Under the pieces are notes generated by a model that was given only the letters and a program-made list of their open reading frames with translations, made no database searches and was not told where the DNA came from. DNA of 32,000 bases from assembly GCA_043808785.1 (NCBI GenBank), contig JAZDEL010000004.1:90001-122000 (forward strand), written 5' to 3'. Every line of letters starts with the position of its first letter. The stretch's first letter is position 1. Of the stretch, positions 1-10,700 are shown piece after piece. The translations under genes and the position numbers were made by a program. This DNA comes from Candidatus Iainarchaeum sp. GTDB taxonomy: Archaea > Iainarchaeota > Iainarchaeia > Iainarchaeales > JAZDEL01.

Positions 1-166
1 GCGATTAACCGGTGCGGGCGGCGTACAGTTCGGGCAGGGGCAGCGCGCTAAGGGGCAAAGTTAACCCGCATATGCTTGTTTCGGCTTTTGGTTCCGATTT
101 TCTACATAACCAAAAAACGTGCGCAGCGCAAAAAAGGCGCAAACGGCGCGCAATCGGCGCACCAGA

Positions 167-177
167 ATATATAAATA
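167..177 (+). promoter_or_regulatory. TATA-like box for giant ORF A
   Basis: ATATATAAATA is the only strongly A/T-rich box in the GC-rich region upstream of the candidate starts at 262/271. It implies a leader of roughly 60 nt containing the palindromes CTAATTAATTAG (188-199) and TCGCCGC...GCGGCGA (216-222 / 248-254). Confidence 0.4.
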
Positions 178-261
178 GTTATTGAAACTAATTAATTAGT
201 GAATAATGAGTGAAATCGCCGCGGTTGCGCGCAAAATTTTGCCTGCGGCGGCGAAAGGGGG

Positions 262-3200
262 ATGCCGGGCATGGGCCTTAAAGAGATATACAGGGGAATG
301 GAAAACGGCTATTATTCGTTCCTTGACTCCCTTGATGCCAAGGGAATTCCCGTTTACAAAATCATAGACCCTATAGATAAAATTGTCCCGTCGCTTGCGC
401 TGCTGCTCGGGTTCGTTGCTCTTGTTATAATCGCGGGGCTGTTCCTGCTTATCGCGCCGATGGTTGTGCCGCAAGCATCGACACTGAAAATAAATGTTGC
501 GGATGAGGGGGGCACGCCGATTTACAGGGCGAAGGTTACGTTCACGCTTGATGAAAAAACCACTGAAGCGGAAACGGATTACGAGGGAATGGCGCAGCTG
601 GAGAATGCCGCTGTCGGGAAAAAGGTTTCCGTGAGCGCGGGGAAGGGCGGCTACCTGACGGAAAGCGCGGAGATTGAAATTACCGAGGCGCCGGTGCAGC
701 TGCGCACAATCACCCTCAAGGAGGAAAGCGCGGCATACGAAACAAAAACGATAAGGCTTGTCGATTCCGCGGGCGCATCGCTGATGGAAAGCTTCGTGCT
801 GAAGTTCACGTGCTCGAACCCGTACGCGGAACCGCCTGCGGATGTTTACCTCCAGCCCTCGGATTACGGCACGGCAACAGTGAGGGTGCCCACAAACTGC
901 GAAACCCTGCGCGTAACAGTGAAGGACGGCACGGGCTACGCGGATTACGGGCCTGTTGATGTAAGCGGGAGCGACAAGACAATAACCCTCAGCGCGGCGG
1001 AGCGCGGGAAGGGAATGATTATCGCGTACGTGAGCGGCGAGGAGGGCACGCCGCTCAACGGCATAACAGTGAACCTCTACAGGTATGACGATATTGCCGA
1101 TAACCCGAACGTGGGGCCCATAGATTCGGAATACAGCTACGGGGGGAAGGCGGAATTTTCAAAGGCCGCGGGCAGTTACGTGCTCCGCACCTATGACGAG
1201 GAGGGCACTTACGGCGAACAGCAGTCCCCGAAAATCGTGCTGATTGACGGCGATACCGTCAGTTACGGTTTCACCCTGAGCGCAAACGTGAAGGGGAGCA
1301 TAAAAATAAAGGTTACTGATGCGGACACGGATGAGGCGATTGAGAATGCGGATGTCACGCTCGCCTATGAATCGAGCGGCAACGAACTTGCGGGGATGAA
1401 AACCGATGAAGATGGGCTTGCCGAGTTCAACATAAGCAGGGACGAAACATACAAGGCGACGGCGTATGCGGAGGGCTACTCCTTAGGCACGCTCTCGGGG
1501 CTGAGGAAGTCCGCTGACCAGTACACAATCGAACTCGAAAAATGCACCCCGAGCAGGTGCGGGACACTGAAAGTGCTTGTGATTGACGAGGAAAATGTGC
1601 CTGTGCAGAACGCGATTGTCGTGCTTTACGACGCGGGAAAGAACTGGCTTACAGGCTATGGGGAAAGGCTTTCGGACATAAACGGCGTTGCGGAGTTCAA
1701 GGGCGTGAGTTCCGGGAATTACTGGGCGTTTGCTTTCAAGGAATCGGCATCGGGGAGAAGCGATGCCGCGTACTTCTCCTCGCGCTCGCAGGGTTCGGGA
1801 GCAACGCTGACTGTTGCAATGCAGATAGGGCAGGGCGTTATCAGGGCGAGGATTACGGACAAGTACGGCGAGCCTGTGCCTTTCGCGGGAGTAGATGTAA
1901 GGAATGCCGCGGACGGGGGGGAGATAGGCGCTTCCCTCGGCGACGCGAACGGGATTTTCACAATCGAGACAAAGGCTGACAAGCGCGTTTATTTGGTTGT
2001 GAGCAAGAAGGAGGGTATGAGGGAGCCGATGGCGGATTACGTTACAGTGAGCAAGGCCGTAAGCGCGGGAAGCATTGCGCAGTTCGATGTTGTGATGGAG
2101 CCCGAGATAATTGACCGCGATGTGGAGGTAAAATTCCTCGGGCTTTTCAATGCAAGCGGTGAGGCAAAGGTCCTCTCCGCAGGCGGGGAATACACGGCGA
2201 AATTCCAGGTGCGCGTGCCTGAGGAGGCGGATTATTCGGAGGCGGGCGTGCACATACGCACTGGCGATGCGCTCATAATGGAGAAGGACGGAATTTACAT
2301 AAAGAGCATTAATGTGCCAGAGGCATCGGCGATAAAGGCCGCTGCGTACGATGAGGCAAGCGGAATGGGGGAAGCGGATTACTCGCTCACTGCAGGGGAC
2401 GCGAAGTGGGCGAGCATTGTGTGGCAGAACCCCGCTGCGGGAATTTACGAGGTTTGGGCTGATGTGAAGGCAAAGGAAACCGCTTCCGTGGGGGACAAGC
2501 TTGTTGTCCACTACCGCGCATGGGCGGATAATTCGGAACGCGTATTTGACCCGAAAAACGAGAAGGCGGGTGTGGAGGAATTATATTACACAACGCGCGA
2601 TGCGGTTTATGAGGTGGGTGTGCAGACCTTTTGCGCGGGGGACTTCTGCTTCTCCGCGACAATAACCGATTTGGACGAGGGGCTTATCGAAAGCGTCAGC
2701 GAGGGATATGCAGGAGGCATTTTCAGGGATTACAAATTGTTCTTCACGCTCACGAACAACTCCGCAACAAGGATACATGATAACGCAAACCTCAGGATAA
2801 AGAACCCGGAGAAGAATTTGCTGCTTGCGGATTATTCCGTGTTCGACGCGGAAGGGGAGAACCTGAGCGGAACAATTAACGGCTACGAACTGCCGAGGCT
2901 CGATGTCGGGAACCTGAGCCCGAACAAGAAGGTTGCGGGAACAATTAATTTCACTACGCAAAAAGCCGGCAGCGGCACGGTGAACATCAGGCTTGTTTCG
3001 GATGAGAGCATTGTTTTCGAGAAGAACCTTGTTGTTTCGGTCGGGGCTGCGGGCGAACTTGATGTTTCCGTGCAGCCGAGCTCTTTCCCCTCGGGAATAG
3101 AGAACGACATAAACGTGCTTGTGCTCGACAAGGAAACAAGGCTGGAGATAGAGAAGGCGATTGTGCGCATAAAGGACAAGCACGACAATGTGATTATGCT

Positions 3201-6200
3201 GAGCAAAACAGGGAAGGACGGGTATGCATACCTAACCCTGCCTGCGCAGTCCCCCGGAACCGTGCTCAGGATTGAGGCGGAGAAGCAGGGCTATGATGTA
3301 AAAACCCTTGAGGTGAACATAAGCTCCGCAGTGCTGAGCGTTAACCCGCAGGCAATCGGGGTTTCCCTGAACGCGAAAACAAAGGCCGAGGCGGAGGACA
3401 GGTTCAGCCTTACCAACGCGACTTTCTTCCCGCTGAAGATAACGGAAATAAAACTTATAGGGAACCTTAAAGGGCTCATAGATATGGAGAGGGTTTCCTC
3501 ATGGCTCGAGGCGAATTACGTGAACCTTACCCTCGCCTCCGCGGAAAGGAAGGAACTGAGCCTGCGCACCTACCTGAGCGATGAAGGCATGGCACTTGAG
3601 GACAGGGACAGCCTTGATGCGGAACTGAAAATTATCGCGGGGAACTTCGGGCAGAAGTGGCAGTTTGTTGTTCCCGTGAAAATCTCCATAGGCATGGGTG
3701 GAGAGGTTGATAACCCCGCGTGCCTTGCGCTAACGCGCAGGGAGTGGAAGACAACAACACAGGGCAACGATGTTTCAGTGGAGTTCGGGATACAGAACAA
3801 CTGCACAATCGCGGGCAATCCTGCGGAACTGCGGGATTTGGGCGGCATGCTCGAGGTCACAGGGAACCAATTGGGCAGTTATAAAATAACCATTGTGCAG
3901 AACGAAACAGAGCTCAGGTCGGGTTATTTCAGGACGCTTTTGGGAAGGATGGATGCGGAGCAGGCGGTTTCCGCGGTTGTTACTTTCACGCCATACGGGG
4001 GCGTGAACGGAAAGAGCAGCGCGAAAATTGTGCTGCGCGCAGTGAACCCGCTGGAAGGGGAGAACCAGGTGCTCACGGTAAGCATGGACACCGAGATAGT
4101 TGCCGTGAACATAAAGGAATGCATCTCTTTCGACAGGGAGATTGTTGATGCGCTGCTTGAAAAGCCGCAGGCGGGGAAGCAGAACATGCTTTCGCAGTTC
4201 ACGATAACCACAAAGGGCTGCGGGGATAAAATTGATTTCGAGCTTGAGAGCGAACTCAGGCTGAGCGATACCGACTTCACTATGCAGGCGGACGACACGC
4301 ACAAGATAGACGTGATGTACTCGGATGTTTCTCCGGGGCAGTACCCGATTAAGGTTTACAAAACAGGCAAGGGCGGGAAGGAACTACTGAAGAACCTCAA
4401 GGTAAGGCTCTGGGAAGCGGGCTGCCTGCAGCTGAACAGGTACGAGTTCGAGATTTATGATGATGCCGCCGACCCTTTCGACGGATATGACAGTGCGGAA
4501 TTGCAGAACACGTGCTACAACAAGGAAGTCACTGTCAGCGTCGACATGAAGGACTGGAAGGCGGCGATGAAGGAAGGGAGCAACTGGGCGCTTGTGCTGT
4601 TCGCGGGAAGCCTGCTTTCGAAGGCGGGGAGCGCGCTGGGCGAGAGCAAGTGGCTGCCGAGCTGGCTCGGGGGAAGCGGGGGCATGTGGTTCGGGAGCGA
4701 GAGTTCAAAAACTGAAACCGCCAAGGCAACCGAATGCGGGGTTATTGAAGCACAAATAAAAAGCCTCACAGAGCAATGGAACAGCCTCTGCAGCAGCCAG
4801 GAACTGCGCTCAGCAAACCAAAGCATGTGCGAGGGCATAAGAAAGGACCTTACCGCGGCGGAAACGCAAAAGGTGAAGCTCGGCTGCGGCAAGGCTGCCA
4901 GCCAGGCAACGGGAAATTTAACCCTTGTCGGCATGCTTGAGGGCAACGAGTACGAGATGCCCGCAATTACGGGGCTTGCAACAGGGGCTGAAACGTACGC
5001 GCTCGGCGGGATCGCGTCGTTCCTCATGGGCAGCGGAGGCCTCGGCGGGGCGATGAGCATGATAACCAACGTAATCACGGGAAAGTCTAACCCGCTGACC
5101 TCGGGCGTGCTTGGCTTCCTTGCGGGAACGGTTATGGAGTACATGCAGCAGAAGGATTTTGAATTTGTTACCGTGCAGAAGGATTTGGAGACGCAGGGCA
5201 TAAAACTGCTTGCGGCAAAGGGCGATGCCGCGGAGCCCGCGATAACCGCCGCGTGGTACGGCGATGCGCGCTATGAAAAGAACCCCGCAAACACGAAACT
5301 GAAATTCGAGTTCAGGGAGATAAGGTTCGAGAACGTTGCGGGCGCGGGCGTGTTCGTCACGAGCAATGAGGAACCCGCATACCGCACGCTCACAATAGGC
5401 GGAATACAGCACAACTACCGCGATAAAACCTACAAGAAGGACGATTTCGAAATTATGAACGAGAAATCGTGGTTCGGCTTCCAGGGGGGTACGGAGAAGA
5501 TAGACACCGGCGTTGTGAAGCTTGATGAGGACGCAGCTGATAAGGTTGAGAAGAAGTACCATCTGGAGTTCAATTCAATACCGCCCGGCGACGAGGGCAC
5601 GGGCCCGACAGCGCCGCAGAACTGCCAGGCTGGAACAAGGACGGGCAGCACCGGCGCGGTTGCGCTGCCGCGCGTGAGCCTTAACTGGAACTGGTCATCG
5701 ATAGCCGCGGACGCGTGCGACCAGGGGAACGATAATTACATCTACTGCGACGCAACGCAGTTCGGCATAGAGGTGCTGAAGAAGGTGCACGATATAGATG
5801 ACTGGCTGCTGAAGAACGCGTCAAGGCTCGAGTGCCCGTCAGCGGAAGGGGCAACAGGCACGAACAGCGCGGAGATAGGGAGCTATGATATTGGAGTAAG
5901 CAGGATTTCGGCAAAGAGGGCGGGGAGCGACATAAATGTTTCCGTGGAAATCACGAACACAAACCCCGCAAAGGTGAAAACAACACTTGAGGTTAAGGTT
6001 ACGGACAGCGAGGGCAAGGATGCGGGAGATGTGTGCAGGTTCAAGGAATTCGGGGTTCTGAGCAAGGAGCCCAAAACCTGCACATTCACGCTCGCGGCGG
6101 GCAAGTACAGGGCTACGGCAACAATAACCCCGAAAGTAGATTGCGAGAACTGCGCAAACAAGACCGCTTCGGATTCGCTTGCAACTGAATTCCAGGTCGG

Positions 6201-7566
6201 GAGCGCGGGTGTTGCGGAGTGCGAACCCTACAGCACGGCAAGGCTGGATGAGTTTGTGGCTGCATCGGGAATCAGGGGCGCCGAGGAAATCCTCGGCAAG
6301 GTAAGCTTCAAGGCATACCTCATAAAGGACAGGTACACCGCGGACTTCCAGCGCGACTTCGACGATTACGCAAAGACAAGGAGCTTCTTCAATGCCGCGG
6401 AATGGTACAGGCAAAAGGACAGGGGCCTGGGCAGTTATTTCAAGAACGCCGAATTGTTCAGTTTCAAGCCGAAGTACGGCGAGGCAAACCCTGAGGGGCT
6501 TGCCCTTGTGGGCCCGGGATTGTACGACGTGAAAATAAACATCAAATATGAGGACAGGTCATGGGCGTTGTTCGACGGCAAGGGGCTTGAGAACGCGCAG
6601 ATTGATGTCGAGCTTGAAAGGCTGGACACGCCGGAACCGGACAGCCCGTTCTATTACATGCCTTTCGACGGCCCGATAGGCGAGGATTCCGGGAGAGTAG
6701 GGTACGGGGTTAATTACAAGGGAGAGGAAGTTACGCTTAACAGCGGGGCGGAGAGCGTCAGGACGGTTGAAATTCCCGGCTCAACACCAATAAGCAACGG
6801 TTTGGTCGAGGTTGAGGTTTCGGACAATTTCAGCAGGCTGAACGGCAGCGAGAAGGGCACAATACTCACAGTTACGCGCGGGCAGAACCCGAAGATCGCA
6901 TACACGCCGAGTTATGCAACGCCGGTGATGATGAAAATAACCAAGGGCACGGCAAAGGACAACGAGGCATGGGGCTTCTACAGTTTAGCGATTGACGGAA
7001 AGGCTGCGAGCGCGCGTGCAACCGGGGCTGCGCAGTGGACAGGCACTTACATGGCAAGGTGGAACGGAGTAGGGTACAACTGCAGGGACTTCGACGACAG
7101 GTCCGTGATAGAATCGTTCTACGAGAGCGCCGACCAGCACGGCTTAAGGACGGAGTGCGCGCTGCTCGGGGGGGATATCTCGATGACATCCTACGGCTTC
7201 GAGTTCTGCGACGTCACCAAATTCGGCAACCTGTACCTTAAAACCATATTTTACACCCCGCAGGGCCACTCCGCGCTGATGCGCACCGAGGTTTCAAAGG
7301 ACGGCATGGGCCTCTTCAGCGGCGGAATGGCGAACGCATCAATGGTGCAGCTGAACGGAGTGCAGGGCATGCCCTACAACCAGCACGGAACGCAGGGCAT
7401 AACCAGCGTGCAGAACATGTTTGATTTGGTAAGGGACGGGTATGCATGCGTAAGCAGCAGCGACACAAAGGCGGAGTTCTGGTGGAACCCCGCGAAGATA
7501 TACTTGACCGAGGAATTCCAGAAGAACGAGGACATGGCTGTGCAGGACTGCATAAAGGGCTCCTGA
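262..7566 (+). CDS. giant membrane-anchored surface protein, paralog A (2434 aa, beta-sandwich repeat-rich, function unknown)
   Basis: Uninterrupted 2434-codon ORF. About 40 N-terminal residues are followed by a hydrophobic helix (SLALLLGFVALVIIAGLFLLIAPMVV). Repeated 80-90 aa beta-rich modules (e.g. GSIKIKVTDADTDEAIENADVTLAYESSGNELAGMKTDEDGLAEFNISRDETYKATAYAEGYS) fit the prealbumin/CarboxypepD_reg pattern by eye. It is colinear and homologous with the next ORF. The ATG at 271 (MGLKEIY) aligns better with the paralog N-terminus than the ATG at 262. Confidence 0.9.
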   Translation: MPGMGLKEIYRGMENGYYSFLDSLDAKGIPVYKIIDPIDKIVPSLALLLGFVALVIIAGLFLLIAPMVVPQASTLKINVADEGGTPIYRAKVTFTLDEKTTEAETDYEGMAQLENAAVGKKVSVSAGKGGYLTESAEIEITEAPVQLRTITLKEESAAYETKTIRLVDSAGASLMESFVLKFTCSNPYAEPPADVYLQPSDYGTATVRVPTNCETLRVTVKDGTGYADYGPVDVSGSDKTITLSAAERGKGMIIAYVSGEEGTPLNGITVNLYRYDDIADNPNVGPIDSEYSYGGKAEFSKAAGSYVLRTYDEEGTYGEQQSPKIVLIDGDTVSYGFTLSANVKGSIKIKVTDADTDEAIENADVTLAYESSGNELAGMKTDEDGLAEFNISRDETYKATAYAEGYSLGTLSGLRKSADQYTIELEKCTPSRCGTLKVLVIDEENVPVQNAIVVLYDAGKNWLTGYGERLSDINGVAEFKGVSSGNYWAFAFKESASGRSDAAYFSSRSQGSGATLTVAMQIGQGVIRARITDKYGEPVPFAGVDVRNAADGGEIGASLGDANGIFTIETKADKRVYLVVSKKEGMREPMADYVTVSKAVSAGSIAQFDVVMEPEIIDRDVEVKFLGLFNASGEAKVLSAGGEYTAKFQVRVPEEADYSEAGVHIRTGDALIMEKDGIYIKSINVPEASAIKAAAYDEASGMGEADYSLTAGDAKWASIVWQNPAAGIYEVWADVKAKETASVGDKLVVHYRAWADNSERVFDPKNEKAGVEELYYTTRDAVYEVGVQTFCAGDFCFSATITDLDEGLIESVSEGYAGGIFRDYKLFFTLTNNSATRIHDNANLRIKNPEKNLLLADYSVFDAEGENLSGTINGYELPRLDVGNLSPNKKVAGTINFTTQKAGSGTVNIRLVSDESIVFEKNLVVSVGAAGELDVSVQPSSFPSGIENDINVLVLDKETRLEIEKAIVRIKDKHDNVIMLSKTGKDGYAYLTLPAQSPGTVLRIEAEKQGYDVKTLEVNISSAVLSVNPQAIGVSLNAKTKAEAEDRFSLTNATFFPLKITEIKLIGNLKGLIDMERVSSWLEANYVNLTLASAERKELSLRTYLSDEGMALEDRDSLDAELKIIAGNFGQKWQFVVPVKISIGMGGEVDNPACLALTRREWKTTTQGNDVSVEFGIQNNCTIAGNPAELRDLGGMLEVTGNQLGSYKITIVQNETELRSGYFRTLLGRMDAEQAVSAVVTFTPYGGVNGKSSAKIVLRAVNPLEGENQVLTVSMDTEIVAVNIKECISFDREIVDALLEKPQAGKQNMLSQFTITTKGCGDKIDFELESELRLSDTDFTMQADDTHKIDVMYSDVSPGQYPIKVYKTGKGGKELLKNLKVRLWEAGCLQLNRYEFEIYDDAADPFDGYDSAELQNTCYNKEVTVSVDMKDWKAAMKEGSNWALVLFAGSLLSKAGSALGESKWLPSWLGGSGGMWFGSESSKTETAKATECGVIEAQIKSLTEQWNSLCSSQELRSANQSMCEGIRKDLTAAETQKVKLGCGKAASQATGNLTLVGMLEGNEYEMPAITGLATGAETYALGGIASFLMGSGGLGGAMSMITNVITGKSNPLTSGVLGFLAGTVMEYMQQKDFEFVTVQKDLETQGIKLLAAKGDAAEPAITAAWYGDARYEKNPANTKLKFEFREIRFENVAGAGVFVTSNEEPAYRTLTIGGIQHNYRDKTYKKDDFEIMNEKSWFGFQGGTEKIDTGVVKLDEDAADKVEKKYHLEFNSIPPGDEGTGPTAPQNCQAGTRTGSTGAVALPRVSLNWNWSSIAADACDQGNDNYIYCDATQFGIEVLKKVHDIDDWLLKNASRLECPSAEGATGTNSAEIGSYDIGVSRISAKRAGSDINVSVEITNTNPAKVKTTLEVKVTDSEGKDAGDVCRFKEFGVLSKEPKTCTFTLAAGKYRATATITPKVDCENCANKTASDSLATEFQVGSAGVAECEPYSTARLDEFVAASGIRGAEEILGKVSFKAYLIKDRYTADFQRDFDDYAKTRSFFNAAEWYRQKDRGLGSYFKNAELFSFKPKYGEANPEGLALVGPGLYDVKINIKYEDRSWALFDGKGLENAQIDVELERLDTPEPDSPFYYMPFDGPIGEDSGRVGYGVNYKGEEVTLNSGAESVRTVEIPGSTPISNGLVEVEVSDNFSRLNGSEKGTILTVTRGQNPKIAYTPSYATPVMMKITKGTAKDNEAWGFYSLAIDGKAASARATGAAQWTGTYMARWNGVGYNCRDFDDRSVIESFYESADQHGLRTECALLGGDISMTSYGFEFCDVTKFGNLYLKTIFYTPQGHSALMRTEVSKDGMGLFSGGMANASMVQLNGVQGMPYNQHGTQGITSVQNMFDLVRDGYACVSSSDTKAEFWWNPAKIYLTEEFQKNEDMAVQDCIKGS

Positions 7567-7639
7567 AGGTTAAGCGCGCGCCAGAGGGGGCAATGGGGCT
7601 GCGGGGCAGAATGGGGGGGCATCACGCGCGATAGAATAA

Positions 7640-7650
7640 TTATATAAATA
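7640..7650 (+). promoter_or_regulatory. TATA-like box for giant ORF B
   Basis: TTATATAAATA lies about 86 nt upstream of the TTG start at 7736, the same geometry as for ORF A. It is followed by a 9-bp-stem hairpin in the predicted leader. Confidence 0.4.
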
Positions 7651-7664
7651 AGAAACGCCCTAAT

Positions 7665-7689
7665 TTAACCGCGCAAACCGCGCGGTTAA
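7665..7689 (+). promoter_or_regulatory. leader hairpin of giant ORF B
   Basis: TTAACCGCG (7665-7673), loop CAAACCG, then CGCGGTTAA (7681-7689) form perfect 9-bp inverted repeats between the TATA-like box and the start codon. Confidence 0.45.
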
Positions 7690-7735
7690 GCGACGGGCGC
7701 TGCAGCGGTGCGCAGGGTCAGAAGGGGCGGGTACT

Positions 7736-10700
7736 TTGCTGAAGGAACTTTACGAAAAGCTGGAGAACGGCTGGTACGACCTCCTTGACAAGGTCAACGC
7801 CTCGGTCCCTGTTTACAAAATTATAGACCCGATAGATAAGGTTGTCCCTTCCTTTGCGCTGCTGCTCGGCGCTGTCGGGCTAATTGCACTGCTCCTGCTC
7901 TGGTTTTTTGTGCTGCCAATGCTCACCGGGCCGCGGGGGGACGCAACCCTTACTGTCAAGATTGAGACCGAATCAGGCAGCGCGGTAAGGAGCGCGGCGG
8001 TTGAGATTTCATTTGCGGGCGAAACCCGGGACGGAAAAACCGGCAGCGGCGGGGAGGCGGTTTTTGAAAACATTCCCATGGGTTCCGAGGTTAAAATTTC
8101 AGTAACGAAAACAGGCTATGAGGATGCGGGGAAAACAATAAGGGTTTCGCAGAAGGAGGAAGCGGTTACAATAACTATGAAGGCAGGTGGGCCCCCTCCG
8201 CCGCCCGATAATCAGGTCACCATAACCTTCGTCGGCCCCGACGGGAAGAAGGCTTCCGGCGTAACCCTTTACCTCGACTTAAGGTGCAGTTCCGGCGCTT
8301 TCTTTGACGAGCCTCAGCGCACCACAACCACGGGCGATATCACGGTCACGCCACCGCAGGGCTGCGGAACCATTGTCGTGAATGTTTCGGGCGACGATTT
8401 CAGGCCGGGAAGCTATTACACGAACGGCGGCACTGTAAGGCTGCAGGGCAACGGAACAGATGAGATGGATGCGGGCACGGGCTCGATAATCATAACCGTG
8501 AAAGATGAAAACGGCACAAAGCGCCTGAGCGGGATTAAAATAACCGTTTACGATTCGTACGGCACAACCGCGGGGAGCGCATACACCTCGATGGGCGAGG
8601 CGGAATTTACCCTTGCCGCGGGGGATTACGTTGCGTCGCTCGACGATGAAAAGGGGGATTACGCAAGCGAAAGCCTCGAGTTCAGCATGGCGCCCGGGGA
8701 CGAACTGAGCGAAACCGTGACAATGGGCAAAATGCCCGGTGCGATATTAGAGGTTTCCGTTGAAGCCAGGGAGAGCGGCGCCTCGATTGAAGGGGCAATT
8801 GTTTTCCTCAGGGCGGAGAACGGGGCAATGCTGGAGCGCGAAACAGGGAACAGCGGCATTGCGCAATTCACGCTCTCGCCGAAGGACAGGGGAAAATATT
8901 ACGCCTCCGCAACTGCGGAAGGGTTCATCGCTTCGGATGAAACCGAAATAGACCTTGCCGATGTGAAAGCGGGGGAAACCGTAAATGTGGAACTTGCGCT
9001 TGAGAAATGCACCCCGCAGAAGTGCGGGCTGCTTAAGGTAAAGGTGATTGACGAGGACAGCCTCAAGGTGCAAAATGCGGAGGTTTCCCTCTTCAATGCG
9101 GAAACGGGATTCTGGGCAAAGGAGTACGGGAAGAAGGCGACGGATGTCAACGGCGCTGTCGAGTTTGCAAACGTCAGGGCGGGGAAGTATTACGCGCTTG
9201 CGCAGAAATACCCCGCAACAGGCCAGTCCGAACATTATGATGTCGACCCGAACGCAACCGGGAATGAGATTATTGTGAACATGGTTATAGGCAACGGAAC
9301 CCTGCGCGTGGAGGTTACGGATGTGGATAACGCGCCTGTGCCATTTGCGGACGTCGAAATCAAAACGCAGGGCGGGGAAGAGCTCGGCACTATTCCCGCG
9401 CTCGCGAACGGGATAATGAGCAGGGAATTCAAGGCTGACAAGAGTGTGTATGTTGTCGTGAGGAAGGAAGGGTACACGACATTCACCTCCACGCCGGTGC
9501 AGATTTTCCCGGACCGGGTTGAAACCATTTCCGCGAAATTGGAGGAGGAAATTTTGGGGGACAGGGCGAAAGTGGAACTGCTCGGGATTTTCGAAGGGAG
9601 CAAGGAAATGGAGAACCTTTCCGCGGGGAAAAAATACACAATAAAAATGCGCCTCAGGGTTCCTTCCGAGGGCGGGTTCGATGAGGTTGGTTTGCACGTG
9701 CGCACAGGCACGGAGAACCTTGCGGAGAAGGACAAGATTTACATCAATTGGGTTAACGCACCGTACAGCACTGTGCTGAAGGGTTCCACTTATAACGCGC
9801 CGCTTGGGAATGCGGACGGCACCGAGGAAATAACAAACGGCGACGCCAAATGGGCGAGCATAGTGTGGGGCGAGCCCGAAGCGGGAATTTATAATGCGGA
9901 TATAGAAGTGAGAGTGCGCTCCGAAACGACAAGAGGCTTCTTGCTCCCCTTCTATTACCGCGCATGGAGTTTAAAGAACGGGGAATACCTGCGCGACCCG
10001 CAGGATGACGCGCTCGGCAGCGCAGCGGAAACCGCGGAGAAGGGGGCGCTTTACGCCGAGGCGTACGTGAAGAACTATTTCGAGGGCACGTCCGAACTTT
10101 GCGATGATGAATTTTGCTACAGCGAGAGGGTTTATGATATTGCGGAGGGCATGAACCTTACCCAAACGCCTTACCCGATAAGGGTTACGGGGGAGTACAG
10201 GTGGGAGTTCACGATAACGAACAATTCGCAGACAATTCACGATAATGCGAACATAAGGGTAAAGAACACGCAGGAGGGTACAACGACTGATTCCGTTGTG
10301 CGGGTGCAGTCCTATACGCTTACAAACGCCGACGGGAAGGTTTTCACAGGGAGCAAGCCGACATTCGAACTTGAACAGATAGATGCGGGGAAAATGGGCT
10401 GGAACAAATCGGTTAAAGGCGAACTGATGCTGCAGGGAAGGGAACTTGAAGAAAGCAATATGGGGATTAAGATTGTTTCCGCGGGGAACGTGGTGTTCGA
10501 CAAACTGGTGCCCTTCGAGGTTTATTCGGAGAAGGATGTAAGGCTCACTGTAAAGCCGGATGTTATCCCCTCGCTTACCCCTACGGAGCTCAAGGTAACC
10601 GCCGAGTACGAGGACGAGCAGGAGGGCGAGTGGCTCGAACTTGAAAAGGCGTTTGTGACGGTTACGATAACAACGCCCGACAAGGCGCAGAGCAGGGAGC

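Noticed and set aside
1-64. Possible 3' end of an upstream + strand gene (frame 2: RLTGAGGVQFGQGQRAKGQS*).
   Set aside because: Only 20 codons are visible and the peptide is low-complexity. There is nothing to support it.
196-474. 92-aa minus-strand ORF overlapping the start of giant ORF A.
   Set aside because: It overlaps the conserved N-terminal module of ORF A on the opposite strand. Its product is highly basic and low-complexity, and it has no promoter context.
1483-2511. 342-aa minus-strand ORF inside giant ORF A. The same applies to the other antisense or off-frame ORFs at 1719-1982, 2387-3206 and 3570-7625.
   Set aside because: These are shadow ORFs of a GC-rich gene, with Arg/Pro/Ser/Leu/His-rich low-complexity products and no motifs. 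The + strand frame is supported by paralog conservation over the whole length.
8747-9697. 316-aa minus-strand ORF, plus the other antisense ORFs inside giant ORF B (e.g. 11273-12100, 12284-12781, 13139-13579).
   Set aside because: The same reasoning applies: antisense shadows with Arg/Pro-rich composition, while the + frame is conserved with ORF A.
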